The notes under the pieces: model-generated
Database searches by the model: none
What the model saw: only the letters and a program-made list of their open reading frames with translations
Told to the model about the DNA's origin: nothing
Assembly (NCBI GenBank): GCA_044240265.1
Contig: JBIHZT010000001.1
Coordinates: 1-35,502 of the forward strand
Length of the DNA: 35,502 nt
Direction: 5' to 3'
From: Luteolibacter sp.
GTDB lineage: Bacteria > Verrucomicrobiota > Verrucomicrobiia > Verrucomicrobiales > Akkermansiaceae
Position numbers and translations under genes: made by a program
Shown here: positions 8,601 to 16,196 of the stretch, piece by piece
Numbering within the stretch: position 1 is the stretch's first letter
Layout of the letters: each line of letters starts with the position of its first letter

Positions 8601-11427
8601 TGGCGTCGGGGACGCCGTAGTCCGCTTGGGAACTGGAGAAATTCAGGTCGGGATCGACCAAGGAAATCCAGGCGTCGTCGCTGGTGCCGAGCTGGGTCAT
8701 GACAAGGCAGGGGCGTTGCACGGACATCAGCAGCCCTGCGTTTTGAGTGGCGGCGGGCAGGGCGGTGCTGGAGTAGAGCGCGTAGCCGGTTTGTCCGGTC
8801 GCCTTCCACTTCACGACATGGGCGGTGCTGTCATGCTGGATGACCTGATAGGGCTGGGTCGAGGGATTGGCATGGGCCGAGGCGGCGGCGGCCATGGCGG
8901 TGGCATCGGTGCCGGGGAAGACCGCATATTCGTAGCGTGCGCCGGACGGGGCGGTGCCGTGATCGATCCAAGCCTTGGCGAAATTGCCGGTGGTGGGCGC
9001 GCTGATTCCGTCATTGTGGGCGGAAGTCTGGGTGCTGCGGGTGATTTTAATGCTGTCGCCCGGCTTGACGAGGTAGCCAGTGCTGAAGGGGTCTAGCAGC
9101 CAGTTCGCAGTTGCGCCACTGACGGTGCTGGCTTGTGGGAAGCCGGTGAGGGCGGTGCCGTTGAGGGTGAGGGAGGTGGATGGAGTGGCGAGCGCGCCCT
9201 GAAGCAGGGTGGTGGCTGTCGGGTTCGTGGTATCGTTGTTGGCGATGTCCGAACCGAGGCAGATGATTTCCGAGCCGAAGGCAAACCACGATTTCCGCCA
9301 GACGAAGGTGGGATTGTGGTTGGGTCCGGCGTTCGATTCCTGGAAATTTCCGGCATAGAGGCCGCTTTGGCCGTCTTGGAAAGCGAGTGCGCCCACGAAA
9401 TTGAGCTGGGAGCGCACGTCCTCACGGTCGTTTTCCGCGACGAGTTTGGAATCGGGTAAGACGATGGTGGTGCTGCCGGCGGTGTGGTTCCAGTCCCAGC
9501 CTGCGATTTGCTGGCCCGTGAGGGTGCGGCCGCCGTGGTAGAGGATTTCCAGCGCGCCGTAGGCTTGGTAACGTCCGTAGCGGTTGGAGTTCCAGTAGAT
9601 TTCCGAGGACCAGAAGTAGCGCTGCGGGGCACGAATCGAGGCCACCCAGTTGGCGCGGCGGTAGATGCCGAGCGGACTGTAGTTGTATTGCAAAAAGCCG
9701 TCCGGCGGATCCTCGGCGCCATAAGGAGTGAACAGCGCGTAACTGCCCACGCCGAAGCGCCGGTTGTAGGCGCGGGCGATGACGGGATCGGCCGCCTGGC
9801 CGTAGAAAGCACCACCCACTTCCCCCAGTAGTTGCAGGGAACTCTGATCGACGCTCTGGAGGTCGGTCTGGAACGGGCTCCGCCCTACATGCGAGTTGCC
9901 GTGGTAGCCGACGGCGGTGCCCGAGGCATCGGCCGACATGCGCATCTGGGTGAGGTTGGCGAGACGCAGGTTTTCGTAGGTGGCCTGGTCGATCTGGAAG
10001 CCGGTTCCGCGCAAGTAGTAGAAGGTGGTGGTCGGCGGCTTGTAGGCATACATGTAGCGATTGTAATGCGAACGGTGGTGGAACCCGATGCCGTCGATTT
10101 TCAGACCATCCTCGCTGCCTTCCGAGAAGCGCCAGAAGCGGTTCATGTAGCGTTGGTAGCCCTTGAGCTGGCGCACAGCCTCGGCGTCGCTCGGAGTGAG
10201 GAAGAGGATGGCACCGAGTTCCTGGATGCTTTGCAGATAAGCCTCGTCGGTATTGCGCTCCCAAGTGTCCGTCCAGAAGTCGCCCAAGAGGTAGGCCCAG
10301 CGGAAAAACTCCCACATTTTCGCCTTGGTCGCCGCGTCGTAGGCCGGGGCGAGGAGGACGAGTGCGTTCGGCAGACCGCGGTAGTCGTAGCCGTCGGGGC
10401 CGGGCGGGGCCGTCGGGACCACGTTGCTGTTGGCGGCGTGGCCCTGGTCCATCAAGTGGCGGGCGAGTTGCAGCACTTTGTCCCGGCTGGCCGCATTGGT
10501 GGCGGAAGTGCCCCAAGCGTAGTCCCGCGCCAGGGTGAGCGGCCAACTCTCAAGGTCGGGGTTACGATGCCCTAGCGGTTGCCCGCGGATGCCATCGGCG
10601 TCTTGAACGATGTTCATGGCGGTGAAGGAGGTTCCGGCCGAAGTGACCGAAGAGGCGCTCGGAGTGGCGGTGCCTTTGATGGAGCTGAGCCAACGCGAGC
10701 GGATGGTGGCTAACTCCGCCAGCTCGGTCGGCGTCGGCGTCGGCGGAGTGACGGGATCCAGAGCGGGCGCGTAGCAGATGGAGTGGATCGTAGTGGCAGA
10801 CGTCCCCTGGATGGCTGGATTCTGCGCGTCTCGAATCCGAGAGAAACGGTCGCCGGCCCAAGTGACGTCATCGAGGAACAGGCTGCCGGTGCCGGTGGCC
10901 TGCACGGTGATACGCACCGAGGTGAAGGTGGCGGACGGGCTCGACTTTTTCGACATGTCGTTGGTGTAGCTGCGCACCGCGCGACGCCAGCCGGTGTAGT
11001 CGAGGTAGAACTCGAACCAATACTGCGCGGTGGAGCCGTTCATGAACTCGGCCAGGATTTTGCCACCGGGGACAGCGGTGCCGTTCCAGACCCAGAAGTC
11101 GCAGGTGTTTTTATAATAATCCGTGACGTCGGCTGCGGTGATGCCGGGGTTGGCGATGGTGATGACGCTGCCGTTAGTACAATTCCAGCGCAGCGACTCG
11201 GTGCCGGCCTTGTAGTGGAGCGGGGAAATCGAGAGTGTGCCGGCGGTGGCGGTCCAGTTTGGGGGCACGCTGCCTTCCAGATCGAGTTGCGCGTGAAGCG
11301 GACCGCAGATGCATGCGGCAAACGCTGCGGAAAGGAGCTGGATGGATATCAGAAAGCGCCGTCCGCCCCGGGAAACCGGCGATCCTGGCTGTTTCGACGA
11401 AGGCGTCTTGGGGGTGCGGGAAGTCAC
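5665..11427 (-). CDS. Chondroitinase ABC-type polysaccharide lyase (PL8) fused to PATR beta-helix repeats and a verrucomicrobial C-terminal domain (1920 aa)
   Basis: Signal peptide; Lyase_N-like HYKAGTESLRW and LDYTGWR; catalytic motifs DGIGFHHRSHYNRY, GRSPF and SSEIYWNSNRYGRYQ; GWDWN, KSWFAF and AWIDHG. Then KTGAGTLTLTGTNTYSG-type repeats, DPDNDDMDNLLEFAL and terminal FGRLRVTK. GTGA overlap with the upstream gene. Confidence 0.9.
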   Translation of the reverse strand: MTSRTPKTPSSKQPGSPVSRGGRRFLISIQLLSAAFAACICGPLHAQLDLEGSVPPNWTATAGTLSISPLHYKAGTESLRWNCTNGSVITIANPGITAADVTDYYKNTCDFWVWNGTAVPGGKILAEFMNGSTAQYWFEFYLDYTGWRRAVRSYTNDMSKKSSPSATFTSVRITVQATGTGSLFLDDVTWAGDRFSRIRDAQNPAIQGTSATTIHSICYAPALDPVTPPTPTPTELAELATIRSRWLSSIKGTATPSASSVTSAGTSFTAMNIVQDADGIRGQPLGHRNPDLESWPLTLARDYAWGTSATNAASRDKVLQLARHLMDQGHAANSNVVPTAPPGPDGYDYRGLPNALVLLAPAYDAATKAKMWEFFRWAYLLGDFWTDTWERNTDEAYLQSIQELGAILFLTPSDAEAVRQLKGYQRYMNRFWRFSEGSEDGLKIDGIGFHHRSHYNRYMYAYKPPTTTFYYLRGTGFQIDQATYENLRLANLTQMRMSADASGTAVGYHGNSHVGRSPFQTDLQSVDQSSLQLLGEVGGAFYGQAADPVIARAYNRRFGVGSYALFTPYGAEDPPDGFLQYNYSPLGIYRRANWVASIRAPQRYFWSSEIYWNSNRYGRYQAYGALEILYHGGRTLTGQQIAGWDWNHTAGSTTIVLPDSKLVAENDREDVRSQLNFVGALAFQDGQSGLYAGNFQESNAGPNHNPTFVWRKSWFAFGSEIICLGSDIANNDTTNPTATTLLQGALATPSTSLTLNGTALTGFPQASTVSGATANWLLDPFSTGYLVKPGDSIKITRSTQTSAHNDGISAPTTGNFAKAWIDHGTAPSGARYEYAVFPGTDATAMAAAASAHANPSTQPYQVIQHDSTAHVVKWKATGQTGYALYSSTALPAATQNAGLLMSVQRPCLVMTQLGTSDDAWISLVDPDLNFSSSQADYGVPDASRARTLDFTINGAWTLDNPDAGTSIVSSNGTTTTLRVTTQHGLAEHVHLIEIPGVWANVGTSWNAAVNWGGSPPTNDLVTDIAVLGAATVQPVLDGPYAVKGVTMAGGTNLSGSGNLTLGASGIVITGSNNIFSLSNLTLASSQSWNVGNGDLTVSSAISGAARLTKTGAGTLTLTGTNTYSGGLSLAGGPLVLLGDQSAATGSIDQRAAGTSLSIGSATQSSPTSVVVGSGGSIMIGETAASGTTSRVFQMMGSPDSITTVTNHGSLSVGRGSLATVGQNSSWQQNGTMTVLGVGGYSASLEVTNGASFAYNGPTEIQINPADNNSGNALLAVTGGATFTTSRGFVFGSGGTGTGTGQLTLSGEAALRLSADIPELFAGASTGTVQLGTGGGIIDTQGFSTTISRDLTELSGMIGSLRKQGNGTLALTGTNTWSGVTTINGGVLSTGLLTSGGTPSGIGAASGSASNLVINGGTLKYTGGALTWSRGFTIGTAGAGFDLSSATGQLWISGSTIAFTGSGPRSLTVTTGTAGGRISSNLGNESGGATSLVKNGSGTLILSATGNTYTGPLQVQAGTVQFGNAASGGESNGFGHSVAISGSAELKFRHASADTVTFNAPISGDGKVNFNYNNSAAGSGSLSLGGNNSFTGGLTISPSSGITVLPLKAGSTTALGSGTVSIGQYGRLDLNGLSNSTGLLTSTHNAASVTNDGASDATLTLNGSGTQTFGGVIRDGVRKLAIAKSGSGSQSLTAANTYSGDTTVSAGTLTLGQVNFSNETSTVSIASGALLNLAFSGIDTVDRLFINGIQQASGDYNSAHASGRFTGGGTLRVSSGPSPGLASWIDDFGLALADQDPSDDPDNDDMDNLLEFALNGNPSISDTSILPKLTVTASHFEFTYQRRDDSLAPETIQVFQYGSDLTGWTDIIIPTASGSVGVGAGTVTVGAGTPSDAVTDTVTVSIPKEEAGDGRMLFGRLRVTK

Positions 11428-12122
11428 AGGGAGATGGATTTCGGAGGCTTGGTGGAGTTGTCGTAGGCTCTCTTAAATCCAGCGGCCTTGAGATCCGCCT
11501 TGTCGAGGGCGCGGACGGAGCCGTCGAGCATGCAGGCATTCGCTTTCTGGCCGGACTCGCGTAGTCCCACGCAATCTCCATTGCTCTCGTTGATCCGGAA
11601 GACCTCGTCACCGGAGGCAGTGGATGAATCGATGACGAGCGGATAGACGCCCGGTCTCGTGACCGCCCCGATGGTCAGCGCCCAAATATTGCCGCTGCGT
11701 CCTTGGGAATCCTTGACGGAGACGGGTGCCCAAACGGCGTTGAGATCGGGCACATTCGTGAAATTGACGCCGCGGCAGTTCCAGTGCTCGTTCGTCTTCG
11801 GGCGTTCGCCCCAATGCATGATATTCACTCCCGCGGAGAAATTGGGGTCGACTCCGAGATCGGTCATGACGACCTGAAACGGACGAAATTCGAAATTGCC
11901 GGAGCCACCTTGGAAAAGCCGGCACTGGCCGTTATTCTCGCTCGCCTTGGCGAGCAGAATCGTGCCGGCCTGCCGCACGTCGGCCATGCGCTTGGCCGTC
12001 GCCGCCTTGTCTTTGAATTTTCGGGTCATCGTGACCGTCACCCCGGCGAGGACGAGGATGATCGTGATAACCACGAGCAGTTCTACCAGCGTGAATCCGC
12101 GAGATTTGATAGAGGATTTCAT
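11424..12122 (-). CDS. Prepilin-type N-terminal cleavage/methylation domain protein (232 aa)
   Basis: RGFTLVELLVVITIILVLAG class III signal. C-terminal KANACMLDGSV resembles the PVC H-X9-DG motif but lacks the His. Confidence 0.9.
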   Translation of the reverse strand: MKSSIKSRGFTLVELLVVITIILVLAGVTVTMTRKFKDKAATAKRMADVRQAGTILLAKASENNGQCRLFQGGSGNFEFRPFQVVMTDLGVDPNFSAGVNIMHWGERPKTNEHWNCRGVNFTNVPDLNAVWAPVSVKDSQGRSGNIWALTIGAVTRPGVYPLVIDSSTASGDEVFRINESNGDCVGLRESGQKANACMLDGSVRALDKADLKAAGFKRAYDNSTKPPKSISL

Positions 12123-12236
12123 GGGACTTGGACTTTTTGGTTTTGATGGATTTGATTCGTCCCGCGAGGCGGGAGCTTCTGAAAATCGAGGTTTTTCCAG
12201 TAATCATTTATGCCCCGCAACTCGCGGCGCGACAAC

Positions 12237-12252
12237 TGGGCAATCCTGCCCA
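12237..12252. promoter_or_regulatory. Palindromic operator candidate TGGGCA-ATCC-TGCCCA
   Basis: About 115 bp upstream of the prepilin gene. The motif recurs at 20141 and 23545. Confidence 0.65.
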
Positions 12253-12292
12253 TGGCAAGGAGTGGCCTGTGGGACTCGATGGAATCGATTTC

Positions 12293-15200
12293 TCAAACAT
12301 TACGGCGGCGGCGCAGCAGAAGAAGCGTGCCGAGACCGCCGAGCAGCGCGGCGACGTTTGGCTCGGGCACGACGGTGAGGGTGACGGCCGTGCCACCGCT
12401 GCTCAGGCTCGTCTCGCCGCCACCGAGGATGTCGTTGTAGTTGATGCGCCAGGTTTTGCTCTGCCAGGCGAAGGTTTCCGAGTCGGAAAGCTCCTCGGTT
12501 CCAAGCGTGAACAGGCCGGTGTTCCAAGCGCCGCTGTAATCCATGATCGTCAACCGGGAATAGAGCGCGATCAGGTCCGGTGAGCCGAAATCGACGAGAT
12601 CGAGCTTGGCGCCACTGGTGATATTGAGGTCGCCGGTAATCCCCAGCTGATCGTAGGAGGACGCGCTGTCGATTTCGACCTGAAAGATCGATCCAGCTGC
12701 CAGCGTGAGGGTTGTGGTATCGAATTGGTCGATGCTGTTGCCGGGTGCCAGCGTGCCTCCGGATTCCACGTTCACCGCTCCTGCAAAGCCGGAGCCGCCG
12801 AGGGTGCCGGTGCCGCTGACCGTGGTGGTGCTGGTGGAGATGTTGCCGTTGATGACGAGTTTGCCACCGCTGACGATGGTGGCTCCGGTGTAGGTGTTCG
12901 TGCCAGAGAGCGTGAGCGAGCCATTGCCGGACTTGGTCACGGCACCGGTTGCAAGACTACCCACCCCGAGGGCATTGCTCAAAATGACGTCATTGCCGTT
13001 GGTGTTGAACGTGGCGGTCACGCCATCATTGATCAGCACACTGCGGGCAACACCCGAGCCGCTGCCGGTGGTGATGTCCTGCGTGTTGCCGGATTCCCAG
13101 CGCAGGGTGGAGTTACCGGTGAAATTCACCACACCGCCGCCGATGGCGCCATTGGCGAAAGCCAGGGTGCCGCCGGAGATGGTCGTGCCGCCGCCGTAGC
13201 CACCGAACACGCTGGTGGTGGCATTTTGAGCCGCGCTGTTGTTGGCGTTGGTGATGACCCATGTTCCGTTGCCAGTCTTGGCGAGCGTGGTGCGCCCGCT
13301 GGTGGCTTGGTCCTGGATGTTGATGGCAAACAGGTTGTCTCCGGCATTCGAGCCGGTCAGGGTCAGCGTGCGGGCTCCGGCGGTGTCGAAGAAATCAACG
13401 TTCGCCGTGGTTTTGGTAAAACTCATGGTCGCCCCCAGAGCGCTGCCGGAGGCATCGATGGTGCCGCCTGCAGTGCCGATGCGGATGGAGCGGTTGGTGC
13501 TTTGGACGGTAGAACCGTTGTATTGCAGCGTGCCTCCCATGAAGCGTAGACCGACGTTGGTGGTGCCATCGGATGCCCGGTTGCCAAAGCTGCCATTCGC
13601 GGCGTAGTCAGAGAGGACAGCGGCATTCACGATGCCGGTCTGGAAGGTGGTCACCCCGGTGTAAGAGTTGGCGGCATTGCTCAGGGTGAGGGTGCCTGCT
13701 CCAGCTTTGGTGATGCCGCCGAGCACACCGCTAATGATGCCGGAAAACTCAGCGTCACTGGCAAGTGTCAGGGTTTTGGCCGCCGTGCCGAGGTCGAAGG
13801 TATTGGTGAAGGTCAGCTTGCCGGCGTTCGCCGCATCGCCGAGCGTAACAGCGGTGGCGGTGACGTTGAAAGCCACGGGATTCAAGATGATCCTGGGTGT
13901 CGCGCTATCCGAAGAAAGGAAGCCGCCGCCGAAGGTCAAGTTGCCTGCGCCTGTGCCAATGGCATTCGCGCTGCCAAGCTGGAGGTAGCCTTTAAACAAG
14001 TTGGTCCCGCCAGTGTAGTTGTTGTTGCCAGAGAGCAATGTGGCCCCGGCAGTATCAGCATTGCGGATGATTAACGAGGACCCGGCAGTGGTTTGGCCGA
14101 TATTGCCAGAGATTTTCAAAAGCCCGGACTGCGAGCCGATGCGGGTGCCACTGGTGGCAGCGATGGTCACGCTGCCCTGCCATTCGCTGGAGGTGTTGGT
14201 CGTGGCGGGGGTGCTCAATGCACCGAAGAATCCGCCGTTGCCCACGCCGCTGATGGTGAGTGCTTTGCCGCTCCCCGTGATGACGTTGTTCAATACCAAG
14301 GCGCTGTTATTGGTAGCGGATACCGTGATGTTGGCGCTGCTTCCGAGGGCTCCAGCGCTTTCAATCTGGAGATTGCCCGCATTGACCGCTGTGTCACCGC
14401 TGTAGGAGTTCGTGCCGCCGAGCACCTGTGTGCCCGCGCCGGTTTTGGTGAGGGTGAGGCCGGTGCCGCCGCCGGTGCGGCTGAGGTCGCCGGTGTAGGT
14501 CACGGTGCCGGAACCCGGGTTCAGCGTCAGGCTGGTGACGTTGCTGGGAAGGGCGTAGTTGGTGGCGCTGGTCAAGCCGCCGAAGGTCGGGGTGTTGGTG
14601 GTGGTGACATCGAGCATGCCCGCGCCGGAGGTGTCGAACGCGCTGCTCTGGATGGCCAGGCTGTTAGTCAGCTTGAGCGTGCCGCCGGTGACCTTGGTCG
14701 TGCCGGTATAGAGGTTGGCCCCGGAGAGTTCCAAGGTTCCCGCTCCGGCCTTGATCAGGTTGCCGGTGGTGCTTGTGCTCGCTCCCGACATGGTAAGAGT
14801 CGTGCCCCCTGTGTTGATATCAATCGTGCTGGTGGTCGCTGCGGTAAGGGTGAAGTTGCGGTCGGTAGAGGCCGTCGTGCCGGTGTATTGCAATGTGCCG
14901 CCACCAAGGACAAGATTTGCCGCGGCGTTTGTGGCGGACCCGAGATTGCCACTGACCACGCCCCCGTTGCCAATGGTCGCTACACTTAAAGTGCCGGCGT
15001 TGATTGTGGTAACGCCGGTGTAGGTATTGGATCCGGTGAGCACCCACTTGCCCAAGCCGGCTTTGGTTAAGTTGGTAAAGTTGGGGCTTGCAGCACCATC
15101 GGTAAGCGTGCCGCCGTAGGTGTTGGAACCAGCGTTCGTTCCAGTCAAGGTGAGCGTGTGAGGGACATTGGTCGCAGAGTAAGTGGGGCTTCCTGGGTTC

Positions 15201-16075
15201 GTCCAACTCATCGTGTCCGATGTGGTTGTGCCAGAGGCGTCCAAAAATGCGCCGTTAGTCCCAATTCGAAACAGGCGGTCGGTCGTTTGTGCGCCCGTGC
15301 CGATGAACTTGAGCGTGCCCCCGCTGAACAAGAGATTCGTGGCAGCGTTCGAGGACGCGCCTATACTACTGTTTTGCAAACCATTCGCCAGCTTGGTGAC
15401 GGCTAATGTGTAGCCCGTGGCTTGGAGTGTAGTGACTCCCGCGTAAGTGTTAGCCGTGTTGTTCAGCGTCAGCGTGCCGGTGGTCAGGCCGAAACCTCCG
15501 CCGCCGAGGGTGACACCAGAAGCGCCGGTGCCGGAAATCACGCCGTTGATGATGACCGTGCCGCCGCGGAAGTTGGTGCTCCTATTATTACCCAAATCGT
15601 ATTTGCTGTTGATCGTCAGCGTCCCAGCGGCGGTGCCGATGGAATTGGCCGCGCCTAGGAGCAAGGTGCCAGTGCCACCGACCCCGCCGATGACGACATT
15701 CCCCGAGCCAATCGCCGCGGCGTTGGTGCCATCGGAGTTCAAAATAAGATTTCCCAGCGTGACCGTGGAAGCATCCGTGGCACCCAACGTGACCGTGTAA
15801 CTACCGGTGCCGCCGGTGCCCGCACCGACGAAGGCGGCCTGATTGGTGGTTCCAGGCCAGGCGATTCCGACAGGGGAAAAGTTACCCGTAACGTCAGTCG
15901 TCCAGGAAGTCCCCGCGTTCCAGTCATAGCTGCTGCCATTGGTGACGCCAAACCCTGCCGTGGTGGTGTTTTGATCGAACCAGTAGTTGGCGGCGTGGGC
16001 GGCTTGGCCGAGGGTGAGGACGATGGAAGCCGCGAGGGAAGCGGAGCGCAGGAATGATGAGGAGCTTGGTTTCAT
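12293..16075 (-). CDS. PEP-CTERM surface protein with autotransporter-associated beta-strand (PATR) repeats (1260 aa)
   Basis: Signal peptide ending AAHA, many K-x-G-x-G-T-L-x-L-x-G-x-N-T-Y-T-G repeats, and C-terminal VPEPNVAALLGGLGTLLLLRRRRNV. Confidence 0.92.
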   Translation of the reverse strand: MKPSSSSFLRSASLAASIVLTLGQAAHAANYWFDQNTTTAGFGVTNGSSYDWNAGTSWTTDVTGNFSPVGIAWPGTTNQAAFVGAGTGGTGSYTVTLGATDASTVTLGNLILNSDGTNAAAIGSGNVVIGGVGGTGTLLLGAANSIGTAAGTLTINSKYDLGNNRSTNFRGGTVIINGVISGTGASGVTLGGGGFGLTTGTLTLNNTANTYAGVTTLQATGYTLAVTKLANGLQNSSIGASSNAATNLLFSGGTLKFIGTGAQTTDRLFRIGTNGAFLDASGTTTSDTMSWTNPGSPTYSATNVPHTLTLTGTNAGSNTYGGTLTDGAASPNFTNLTKAGLGKWVLTGSNTYTGVTTINAGTLSVATIGNGGVVSGNLGSATNAAANLVLGGGTLQYTGTTASTDRNFTLTAATTSTIDINTGGTTLTMSGASTSTTGNLIKAGAGTLELSGANLYTGTTKVTGGTLKLTNSLAIQSSAFDTSGAGMLDVTTTNTPTFGGLTSATNYALPSNVTSLTLNPGSGTVTYTGDLSRTGGGTGLTLTKTGAGTQVLGGTNSYSGDTAVNAGNLQIESAGALGSSANITVSATNNSALVLNNVITGSGKALTISGVGNGGFFGALSTPATTNTSSEWQGSVTIAATSGTRIGSQSGLLKISGNIGQTTAGSSLIIRNADTAGATLLSGNNNYTGGTNLFKGYLQLGSANAIGTGAGNLTFGGGFLSSDSATPRIILNPVAFNVTATAVTLGDAANAGKLTFTNTFDLGTAAKTLTLASDAEFSGIISGVLGGITKAGAGTLTLSNAANSYTGVTTFQTGIVNAAVLSDYAANGSFGNRASDGTTNVGLRFMGGTLQYNGSTVQSTNRSIRIGTAGGTIDASGSALGATMSFTKTTANVDFFDTAGARTLTLTGSNAGDNLFAINIQDQATSGRTTLAKTGNGTWVITNANNSAAQNATTSVFGGYGGGTTISGGTLAFANGAIGGGVVNFTGNSTLRWESGNTQDITTGSGSGVARSVLINDGVTATFNTNGNDVILSNALGVGSLATGAVTKSGNGSLTLSGTNTYTGATIVSGGKLVINGNISTSTTTVSGTGTLGGSGFAGAVNVESGGTLAPGNSIDQFDTTTLTLAAGSIFQVEIDSASSYDQLGITGDLNITSGAKLDLVDFGSPDLIALYSRLTIMDYSGAWNTGLFTLGTEELSDSETFAWQSKTWRINYNDILGGGETSLSSGGTAVTLTVVPEPNVAALLGGLGTLLLLRRRRNV

Positions 16076-16123
16076 AGAGCTGATGGATCGATCGAAGGAA
16101 ATGAATGGCTGGAATGAGGGGGG

Positions 16124-16161
16124 AAAGCGGGACCCGGAAACCCATTACCGGGCCCCGCCTT
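16124..16161 (-). terminator. Intergenic GC hairpin (terminator or mRNA stabiliser)
   Basis: Minus strand reads AAGGCGGGGCCCGG-taatgggttt-CCGGGTCCCGCTTT, between the two PATR genes. Confidence 0.5.
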
Positions 16162-16196
16162 TGGATTGCATCCCTCCAGAGGCAAAGTGTTACCGA

